From assembly GCA_951406725.2 (NCBI GenBank), contig OX597815.1:108562001-108626000 (forward strand): a DNA stretch of 64,000 nucleotides. Direction: 5' to 3'. Numbering within the stretch: position 1 is the first letter of the stretch; each line of letters opens with the position of its first letter. The notes beneath the pieces were generated by a model that was not told the origin of the DNA, ran no database searches, and was given only the letters and a program-made list of their open reading frames with translations. This document shows, piece by piece, positions 54,030 to 64,000 of this stretch. The translations under genes were made by a program, and so were the position numbers. This DNA is from Octopus vulgaris (taxonomy: Eukaryota).

Positions 54030-54420
54030 TTCCCACTTCTCATGTATCTCAATAGCAAAACAGTACAGGTCACACAAATGTATTATCAAAGTGCCACCTA
54101 CATAGCTTCTTATCCATTTCATTGAAACCAGTACTATAGAGACTGCATTGATTTCACTTCAGCTATTAACAGAAAATTTTTGTGTTGCTGAAAAGGGATC
54201 CAATTCCTTTGGACTCTCCCTTCTTCGTGCAGATTCTCTCTATGACATGCCTGCTAGTGATAAATTCTATTTTCTCTGTGTTTACATGAAGGAATTCTAC
54301 TGCCAGTATCTCAGGAGCTGTCTCTTTCACAAAATCTAAAAGTCCTGCATCTATCAAGATAAAATCCACTTCCAAATAATTATTGTCAATAATGATTTTT
54401 CAATACAGGAAGTGCTAGCT
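54030..54420 (-). mobile_element. Decayed non-LTR retrotransposon RT remnant (RTE-X-like)
   Basis: VDFI...FLHVNTEKIEF...KGIGSL resembles the post-YADD region (LxVNxxKTE...LGS). Confidence 0.4.
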
Positions 54421-54589
54421 AATACAACAAAGAACTCTTTTAAAAGAAAATACAGTAGGGTTTAATAAACAAAAATGACAGCATAAACAATGAAAAAAAA
54501 ACAAAACAAAGCAAAGCAAAGAATTTTGTACACATTACACTCACAGCCCATTCTTTCTATTCTTCTTTCTATTATCATTTTTCATCAAC

Positions 54590-54907
54590 ACCAGCAAAAA
54601 CAACAGCATCACTCTAAAACCCCGACGATGACGACAACGACGACCACCACCACCACCACCTCCGGCAACAATAACAACAACCACCACTCTCCTCCTTTTC
54701 CTCCTTTGTGTGATGTAACTGTCAAATTCTTTTATAATCAACCCATACTCTCCCCTTTTCACTATATCAACAGCATTTTCTCCCAAATGATTCTTATCCA
54801 CCAACCACTACCAGCTTATGCTATCTCTTCGATATGCATAATAGCCCCGCTCCCATAATCATTGCCACCACTACTACTATTAAATCTTCTAACAAAGTTA
54901 CCACTAC

Positions 54908-54983
<76 letters not shown>

Positions 54984-55003
54984 ATTATTATTATTATTAT
55001 TAT
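54590..55003. repeat. Low-complexity (CAA/ACC/ATT)n tract
   Basis: Visible trinucleotide repeats; (ATT)n at about 54910-55003. Confidence 0.85.
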
Positions 55004-56623
55004 CAGCTTGAGCAACAGTGTTACCAATATCACTATGACTACCTGCATCATATTACCATTTCTGCTACCAACATAACCATTCCTACCATCTCCTCCACTA
55101 ATGCTGCATATACAAACCATCACCCTACTAACCACTACCAACATCTAACACAATCTTTTCTCATACAACACCAATTGATGCTTTTTCATTCTAAAATGTC
55201 TTCTCTTTCTCTCATCACTGTGTCTTCATTCAGATCATCCTCATCTCCTTTAAATTTCTCTCTTTATACAAAACATCCAGCAGATCAAACAAACACAACT
55301 CACTTCCTTCTTGACATTTGCAAGCCACCATCACTCTAGCTCCATTAACACATCTTCAAAATGTCTCACTGCTATATTGTACAATGCTGCTTTAAAATAG
55401 GCTTCACAGAAGAGGATTAACTGCTGATAAAATGAACCAATGAGGTAACTTCAATGTAAGTCTCTTGAGCTGTAGGTATAGCAGTCAAATATCTTTCTTC
55501 AAACAAATCCTTATAATTTTTTTAAGTGCATAGCATTACGTATTCTAAGTTCTAATTCTTGAGGATTACATAGATGGCAAACACAGACAAAAATTTTACT
55601 GAGGAGAAAGTTAAATACAATATGACAAAACAAGTTAGGCAGGATAATGGTCCAGTCTTAATGTTTTGGTCTATCTAGACTAAATAGTTGATAAGTGATT
55701 TTTGGAAAATTGCATTTCTGATTTAAAATTTAAAAACAAACAAACACAAAAAATTGTTTCATATAGTTTTTTTTTCATCCATTTTGAATCAATAAAACTA
55801 AGAAGTTAAGCTCTTATGGAATAAGCATACAAGCAAACACACACACACACAAACACACACACGCACATTTTGTCTTGTGCATGTACTTGGATGTGTACTT
55901 ATATTACATTATATAGTATTATATTATATATATATATATATATACATGCATGTGTGTGCGTGTGTGTGTGTTTGTGTGTGCATATGTATATATGTATGTA
56001 TGTAGCATCCTCATTTAATATCTGTTTTCCATAAGGATGTGTGTTGGACAGTATGACAGGAGCTGGAAACTCACAAGTCTACACCAAACTATGCTGTCTT
56101 CTTTGGCATGGTTTCTCTGGCTGGATCACTACATTTCTCTGCCCATCCACTTTCCACTCTCCTTTCACGATCTTGCTAACTTACTCGCCCATTCACCCTA
56201 TCCGATCCTTCGACCCATTTCATTTTTATACATCTCCTTCTAACTTAAGTGTACTCCACCTGTCAGATCTTCACCATCTTCTCTCTCTCACTCACTCCTC
56301 TTTCCTTCTCTCTCCTTATTCCCTCTCTCTCCCCTTTCTCTCTCTCTCTCTCTCTCTCTCTTCTACTTTTACTGTAGGAGACCTATCTCTGTCCCTCTAC
56401 TCATACTTGAACCCTTCATCTGGCACAAAGCCACCTTCCTTAATACTACTTACCTCCTCAGCCGAGAAGTCTTATCTTGTAAGTTATTTGGTGCCCTCAC
56501 TGTTGCTGGTGCCACGTATAAAGCACCTAGTACACTTTATAAGGAGTTGGGCATCCAGCTGTAAAAACAATGAAAAAGCAGACAATAAAGCTTGACATGT
56601 GTGTATGTATATACATATATGTA

Positions 56624-56656
<33 letters not shown>

Positions 56657-56673
56657 TGTATGTATATATATAA

Positions 56674-56711
<38 letters not shown>

Positions 56712-56712
56712 C

Positions 56713-56764
<52 letters not shown>

Positions 56765-56992
56765 ATAAAGAGTAAAATTAATTAATTAAGAAGTAATCAA
56801 TAATTTCACCAAGTAGAATTCGGCATGAAAAAAGGACCATTTCATGGTAAACTTAAGTAATACTTAATAATTAGGGTTCAGCAAAGATTTGCTTTACCAC
56901 ATACCGAAGTCTAGAAATAGCAGCCAAAACCGTAGCTCAATTATTTCAGTACCCTCGAATTTAATATTTCAATATTTAATTATTGAGGAATG

Positions 56993-57073
56993 CCATGCTG
57001 ATGAGGAAAATGGTTGGTAAAGTATAATTCTATATTCTTTATACTGATCTAATTCCGAAACGCGCGTCCGAGG
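56993..57073 (+). ncRNA. Type I hammerhead inside a 77-bp inverted-repeat-bounded element (56861-57252)
   Basis: ccatg|CTGATGA|GGAA...TTCC|GAAA|CGCGCG|TC|cgagg. Canonical core, extended stem II, palindromic stem III, GUC site; stem I is weak. Confidence 0.75.
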
Positions 57074-57619
57074 ATGACCAGATATTGATTGATTTTCGTT
57101 GCTTTCCTCTGCCTGTGTGGATTGTTTTCAAGTATTTTGGTTTCTCTGGGAGTCCCTTTTTAGAGTAGAAGAAATAGCTAAGGTTTTGGCTGCTATTTCT
57201 AAACTTCGGTATGTGGTAAAGCAAATCTTTGCTGAACCCTAATTATTAAGTATATATATATATATATATATAGGCATAGCAAGTCGAAATGCTTAGTAAT
57301 ATTTTGTCTGTCTTTATGTTTTGAGCTCAAATTCATACATACATTTATGTATGTATGAAGTTATGCTTGTGTGTGTGTGTGTAAGTGTGTATGTGGGTAT
57401 ATTTCTTTGAGTTTGTGTTAATCCTTCCTCACCACCACTTGACAACTGATGTTGGTTTGTTTACATCGCTGTAACTTAATTATTGGGCAAAAAGTGACTA
57501 ATGGAATAATTTTTTAAAATGTACTAGGGTCAGTTTGTTCAACTAAATCCTTTAAGATGGTACCTCAGCATGGTTGCAGTTTGTTGACTGAAGTAAAAAT
57601 GTATATATGTACATATATA

Positions 57620-58478
57620 TCATCTTCATCATTATCATCGTTTAACATCTGCTTTCCATGCTGGTTTACGCTGGACGGTTTGACTGAGAACTGTTAAGCC
57701 GGGAGGCTGCACCAGGTCCCAATCTGATTTGGCAAGGTTTCTACAGCTTGATGCCCTTCTGAATGCCAACGACTCTGAGAGTGTGGTGGGTGTTCTTTAC
57801 ATGCCATTGGCACGGATGCCAGTCCAGCAGTAGTGGCATTTTCCACGCTTGAATGGTGCTTTTTACATGCCACTAGCATGGGTGCTAGTTAGTCAGCAGT
57901 GGCATTATCCATGCTTGAATGGTGCTTTTTATGTGCCACTGGTATGGTAGCCAGACACGTGGCACTTGCATCAGCCATACTAAAATGGTGCTTTTTATAT
58001 GCCATTGGCATGTCTGCCAATCAGGTGGCACTGACATCATCCACGCATGGATGGTGTTTTTTATGTGCTACTGGCATGGGTGCCAGTCAGGCGATATTGG
58101 CATAGGTCATGCTTGAATGGTGCTTTTTACGTGCCTCCAGCACAGATGCCAGTTAGGTGGCACTGGCATCAGCCATGCTCAGATGGTGCTTTTTATCTCC
58201 CACAGGCATGAGTGCCAGTCAGGTAGCACTGGCATCAACCACAGCATCAATAGGTTTTTGCAAGCATGACACATCAGCTGATGGTTGGAGGGTGTTTTTA
58301 AATGGGCCAGTTATGCAAAACTGGCATCGGCCACAACTATGATCTCACTTGGCTTGCCGGGCCTTCTCAAGCATGACATATTTCTAAAGGTCTTGGTTGC
58401 TTGCCATTGTCTTTATGAGGCCCAACATTTGAAGGTCATGTTTCACCACCTCACTCCATGTCTTCCTGGGTATGCCTC
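57620..58478 (-). mobile_element. RTE 3' end with a 7 x 66-bp minisatellite (57789-58250)
   Basis: Unit starts ggtg(c/t)tt at 57789, 57855, 57921, 57987, 58053, 58119 and 58185; tail catcgtttaacatctgctttccatgc. Confidence 0.85.
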
Positions 58479-58502
58479 ATATATATATATATATATATAT
58501 AT

Positions 58503-59201
58503 AAGACCCGGGAAGCCAAATGAGACCATAATCTCGTGGCCTATGCCAAGGGCATAACCAGCCCACTTATGCGTACCTTTTCCTTCTTTGGACACTAAAA
58601 CTCTGCTTGCAAAGACCTGTTGGGGCAAATGCAATCAAAATCAAAATGAAATTCGATGACTGGTGTCCATGCTAACGGGATGCAAAGTGCACCATATGAG
58701 TGTGATCATTGACAAAGCGGCCAACCAGCTTCCATGCCAGTGGGACTTAAAAGGCACCATTCGAGTGTGATCATTACCAGCATCGCCTTACTGGCACTTA
58801 AGCCTCGTGCTAGTAGGGTGTTAAGAGCACCCTCCAAGCATGTTCATTGCCAGAGTAGATATCTGGCCTCTGTGCCAGTGGTACGTAAAAGACACCATCC
58901 GAGCATGACCGTTACCAGCATCGCCTTACTGGTACCTGTGCCAGTGGCATGTGTAAAGGATTCGAGTGAGGTCGTTGCCAGTACCACCTGACTGGCCCCA
59001 TGCCGGTGGCACGTAAAAGCACCGACTACACTCTCGGAGTGGTTGGCGCGAGGAAGGGCATCCAGCTGTAGAAACTCTGCCAGATCAAGATTGAAGCCTG
59101 GTGCAGCCATCTGGTTCGCCAGCCCTCAGTCAAATCGTCCAACCCATGCTAGCATCGAAAGCAGACATTAAACAACGACGATGATGATGATGATGATGAT
59201 G
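58503..59201 (+). mobile_element. RTE 3' UTR with (GAT)n tail
   Basis: aagacccgggaagccaaatgagacc...ggaagggcatccagctgtagaaac...gacattaaacaacgacgatgatg. Confidence 0.85.
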
Positions 59202-59550
59202 ATATATATATATATATATATATATATTAATTATTTAGCAGTGGAAGCAGTATCAATACCAAAAGGTAATTTTTATATCCAGCTTAATGTAGATGTCTTG
59301 TTGTAACACTGAATGCTATGGAGAGATCCTCTCATATAAATGTTTTATTCATAAAAGCACACACAGAGATTGTAGCAGACAAGTATCATCTGTCATGGGA
59401 AATCATCATTAATTTTTAATAAGCCTGCTGGTTATTTGCAACAGCAGTGGTCTGAAAAGATTCTGGTATTTTATATATCCTGGTAACGACATTTGACTGG
59501 CATGTGGTGACTGGATGCCTCCCACTGATGATTTCTGTACTATATTATAT

Positions 59551-59942
59551 AGGCGCAGGTGTAGCTGTGTGGTAAGTAGCTTACTTACCAGCCACATGGT
59601 TCCAGGTTCAGTCCCACTGCATGGCACATTGGGCAAGTATCTTCTACTATAGCCTCGGGCTGACCAAAGCCTTGTGAGTGGATTTGGTAGACGGAAACTG
59701 AAAGAAGCCTCTCATATGTGTGTGTGTGTTTGTGTGTCTGTGTCTGTATCCCCACCATCACTTGACAACCGATGTTGGTGCGTTTACATCCCTGTAACTT
59801 GGCAGTTCAGCAAAAGAGACTCATAGAATAAGTACTAAGCTTACAAAGGATAAGTCTTGGAGTTGATTTGTTTGACTAAAATGTGATGCTCCAGCATGGC
59901 TGCAGTCAAATGACTGGAACAAGTAAAAGAATAAAAGAATAG
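59551..59942 (+). mobile_element. SINE family A, full length
   Basis: ggcgcaggtgtagctgtgtggtaagtagc...ggttcagtccc...gactggaacaagtaaaagaataaaag. Confidence 0.9.
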
Positions 59943-59965
59943 AGAATATATATATATATATATAT

Positions 59966-60215
59966 ATCAAATCAAATTAGGCAACAGGATATCAAGTATT
60001 AATGCAGTACGACCGACCGTATCAAGTGGCTCTATTTAATTGAACAATGCAATCACATCATTTTAAATGCATTGCTATCTTCAGCGACATTACTACTTGA
60101 TATCCTGTTGCTTATTTTGATTTTATTCACCTCACTTCGAGCTGTATGGACAATACCAGACTGACTTGGTGCTTCAACTTAAGTAACTAATTCAACTGGG
60201 TCTTAATTATTTCTT
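59966..60215. mobile_element. Short fold-back element of the 50848 hammerhead family
   Basis: Arms at 59971-60004 and 60088-60121. Minus strand ctgaaga...gattgcattgttcaattaaat...cgta|ctgcatta is shared with 50853-50937. Confidence 0.65.
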
Positions 60216-60317
60216 ATATATATATATATATATACATACATATATATGTACATATATATGTATGTATATATGCTTATATATTTATGTATAAATGTATATA
60301 TGTACATATATGTGTAT

Positions 60318-60948
60318 GGGCAAGGACAGCTGTGTAAACAGGTGCTCATCTCTAACTGTAGAGGGAACCTATGGAAGAGATAGACCCAAATAGACATAAG
60401 ACAAGGTGGTGAAACATGATCTTCGAATATTGGGCCTGATGTAGTTGATAACAAGGGACTGAGTCCTTTAGCTATACCCTGTGCTTGAGAAGACTCATCA
60501 AACCAAGGGAAATCATAATAATGGCTGTTGCCAGTGTCATGTGAATGGTACCTGTGACATTGTAATTGTGGCCATTGCTGGTAGCATGATCATCGAATGT
60601 CAGGTCTCACATAGGCGATGACAAGTGACTGAGATCTTTAGTGATATGCTGTGCTTGAGAAGACTTGTCAAGCCAAGTGAAATCACAGTCATGACCATTG
60701 ACAATGTCTTGTAAATGGCATCTGCGCTGGTGGCAAGTAAAAAGCACCCATTACACTCTTGGAGTGGTTGACATTAGGAAGTGCATCTAGTCATAGAAAT
60801 AATACCAAATCAGACTAGAACCTGGTGTAGCCCTCTGACTTACCAGTTCCAGTCAAACCGTCTAACCCATGACAATATGGAAAACGGACATTGACTGATG
60901 ATGGTGATGATGATAATGATGATGGTGATGATGAAGATGATGATGATG
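60318..60948 (+). mobile_element. RTE 3' end with (GAT)n tail
   Basis: gagggaacctatggaagagatagaccc..., gctgtgcttgagaagac (twice), tail gaaaacggacattgactgatgatg. Confidence 0.75.
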
Positions 60949-61539
60949 ATATATATATATATATGAATCAGGTACCTAATAGTAAAGCACCAAATTTGGG
61001 TCAAAGAAATAGCAGTCACATACAAAACAAAATTAGAGGAACTTATATGTACATGCCGAAGTACAGGCAGATTAATATTCCAGTTGCATATAAGATCACA
61101 AGTGCCTGACTGAATATACTACAAGTTTCAAGGCTGTACAAAGGAACACACTCTACATCAATTGTACTGTGCTTCATAGACTCCAGATTCACACTAATTG
61201 CAAGTTCCGAGTAAGGTGAATAATAAATAAATAACAACAGATGAAAATTGGTTCATTCACTACAGCTGTTTCAAACGTGTTTTTTTATATTGATTAATAG
61301 AGTTATTACATCATGCAAGAAAAACTGTTTTCTCCAGATGAATATACACGAATTAAACATCTTAAAAAACATTCCATGAATCAACATTATGTGCCACTTC
61401 ATTATTCTTGGCTAACTTCAAGAAAGCTCTGATCCATATTTATGCACACCCCTACATATACACACACACTACACAGTATACATATATATGTACATATGTA
61501 TACATGTATGCATGTATGTATGTATGTATGTATGTATGT

Positions 61540-61795
61540 AACACACCATACTAATCATATCTGTCGGGCATGTGGAAGAGAGTGTAATTCGGCAGGAGGA
61601 CTTAAACGACATGCGAAAGTACATGAAGCCCAGTTACAACTACAGCCGGCTATTACCAGTAAAGGTTTTAGTTGCCAATTTTGTACAAGATATTGTAGAT
61701 CTTTAGCTGGGCTAAAAAGTCACATTCGATCACAGCACCAGTAACAGTTAAGCTTCGTGCAATGGCCATACTCGATAACGAGGGGGCAGCCATAA
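61540..61795 (+). mobile_element. 5'-truncated RTE-type LINE end encoding two C2H2 zinc fingers, between (TATG)n runs
   Basis: HICRACGRECNSAGGLKRHAKVH and FSCQFCTRYCRSLAGLKSHIRSQH*, then a short UTR with hairpin ctcgataacgag and a (TATG)n tail. Confidence 0.7.
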
Positions 61796-62984
61796 TGTAT
61801 GTATGTATGTATGTATGTATGTATGTATGTATGTATGTATGTATGTATGTATGTATGTATACTATGTGGCATGTGTGTGTGTGTATGATGTCCACAAAAT
61901 TGGATCAGAGATTTTCGAATACAGGGTGTCCATTATAGTATGAAATGGGAAAGGGAATGAGTATGAAAGGAAAAATAAATAAATAAAGCTAAAAAGAATA
62001 AATGATAAACTTTGAAAGAATGGAAGAAAAGTCCAATCTGAAAATTATACAAAGCAGCAATCTAGAAGAAAATGAATAGGAGATTTTCTTACGGTTGGCA
62101 TTCAGTCGGAAGACACTCATTAAATATATTGCATTGTCAATATACATATGTTATGCTAAATCACGAGAAAATGTTAGAAAAACGTTTTATCCAAAAGGAT
62201 TTTAACACATTTGTTTCAGTTAGAATGCTGACCAAAGAAGAAGAAGAAGAAGAAGAAGAAGGTGGAGGAGGAGGAGGGAGAAGTGGAGAAGCAGCAGCAG
62301 TAACAGGAATGCTAAATTTGCCTTAATGTTGTAACTTCAGCATTTTTAAGGATCAGATGGGTGTTAAAAAATGCTCTGCATTATACTAAACAATGTAAAA
62401 TGTGATATTATCAGATTTCTGTATTCATTTTCAACTTCAGTATGTTTTTATAACGGCATCAATAAATGAAAATTAAACATAATAGCTTTTCTCTTCACCT
62501 GATTTCTGTCTGTTTTCTTTGTTTCTCTCTTTCAATTTCTTTATTCAAATCTAATAAGAGAGGATAAATAAAAGGCTGAAATTGTTATCAAGAAAGAAAT
62601 GTTGAGTGGAAAAGAAACTGTTTCTGAATTAGAACAGAGAAGACTTGAGATGTGCTATGGAAATTTGTGAGGATAAAAAGAAAGCCAATAGATATTAACA
62701 AATGTATGAAAGAAAGCTGACTATTTTGGTGTACATATCATCACCACCACCACCACATCATCATCATCAATATCTTTTTATTTGTGTTTTCCATGGTGGC
62801 ATGGGTTGGATAGCTTTACAGAAACTGGGAAGACTATATGAAGATCTAATGTCAGCTTTGGTATCATATCTACAGCTGGAAGACCTTCCTAATGCCAACC
62901 ACTTTACAGAGTGTGTTGGGTGTTTTTTATCTGGCAGATTTGTATGTTATTTTGTTTTTCAGCCTTTGTAACTAAGAAAGAAAA

Positions 62985-64000
62985 TATTATTGATTGAGAG
63001 AGCGGTGCATACCATCAAAGTAACACTAGGGTAAAATATACAAAGCTCAGTATGCCCATCATGACTACCCGTCTGTAGGGCAGAGAAACAGAGAAGAGAA
63101 AAGACATAGATGCCTTCTGGAAGAATTCTTGTTAACAGGTTCCACACTAATGGTAAGCAAGTGATTGGTCTATAATTACTAGCTGTATTACTCTTGCTTT
63201 TGTCTTTCATAAGGAGTACTGTTCTCCCTCTAGTCATCCAATCTGGTATTATTACTCAATTAAGGCAATCCTGAAGTTGTTCCCTCAGCCTCCCAGCTAC
63301 TAAAATTCTTAACCAGTACCCTCGAACTAGATCTGGTCCTAGGTTTTTTTAATTCAGCATTTTTCCTAGCACTTTACTCATTAATGCACTAGTTAGTCTT
63401 AGAACTGGCTACTTCTTACTACTTCTTCTCTGACTTTCATTAACTGCATCTCCATTATGATTGACTGGCCAAATATTACTCCAGAACTTTCTAGCTTCTT
63501 CTGCTTTGGGTTTCTCATATTCAGTACTTTCTTCTCCACAATTTATTTGGTTATAAAATCTCCTCTGTTTTGTCTCAAATAATCTATTCTGCTGATACTG
63601 ATCTAGTTTTTCCTGATATCTGGAAATCTTATCTGCTACTGCTATGAAAGCTTACCTGCTACTCTTTTGTGACTGTCCCCAATCCTTTCTCTTTGACTAA
63701 GTATCTTTTCTCAATATAAGATTTAAATCTTATGTTTTTTAACTTGTTCAGTTTCCAGACTTCTATTCTACTCAGATCTTGTCTTAAAGTCTTCACTTTA
63801 TTTTGTAGTCTCCTTTTCCACATTTGCTCTTGTCTAATCTTTCCTTGTAGAATATATAATCTAGTAACTACTATCTCGCTTGCATTGATCAATAAGATAG
63901 TGTCTCCTATATTTTTAATATCTATCCTACTGATAACAGAATCTACTTTCCTAGTCATATCTAGCAGCTTCCTTCCGTTGATGCCTTTCAATGCTGGCAA
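62985..64000 (-). mobile_element. R4/Dong-like non-LTR retrotransposon remnant (internally deleted, runs off the window end)
   Basis: WKRRLQNKV...LRQDLSRI; YQQNRLFETKQRRFYNQI; EARKFWSNIW; GPDLVRGYWL; PDWMTRGRTVLLMKD...SNYRPITCLPLVWNLLT. Confidence 0.8.

Noticed and set aside
57789-58250. CRISPR-like regular repeat
   Set aside because: The whole 66-bp unit is repeated, with no unique spacers and no cas genes, in a eukaryotic LINE context.
61442-61744. Host C2H2 zinc-finger gene
   Set aside because: No TGEKP linkers, the ORF start lies in a microsatellite, and it has a LINE-like 3' UTR and tail.

Overview
AT-rich, microsatellite-dense eukaryotic non-coding DNA. The SINE, RTE and maT repeats resemble those I recall from octopod cephalopods (Octopus-like; inference, not verified). 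I can support no host protein-coding gene: nearly all listed ORFs are translations of simple repeats or decayed transposable elements. The window holds tRNA-derived SINEs (at least 3 families), RTE/CR1/R4-Dong LINE remnants, Tc1/mariner (maT) and hAT-like remnants, and fragments of three kinds of Penelope-like elements (PLE: Naiad-type RT, Penelope/Poseidon-type RT, Neptune-like GIY-YIG). The main finding is a very young array at 45298-47483, sitting in (TA)n: one inverted copy plus about 3.4 direct copies of a non-coding 492-bp unit. Each complete unit carries a type I hammerhead ribozyme that looks intact by manual folding, i.e. a retrozyme-like or non-autonomous PLE array. Several other short (TA)n-embedded fold-back elements carry intact or decayed hammerheads of different sequence. 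All folds and translations were done by eye and need computational confirmation.
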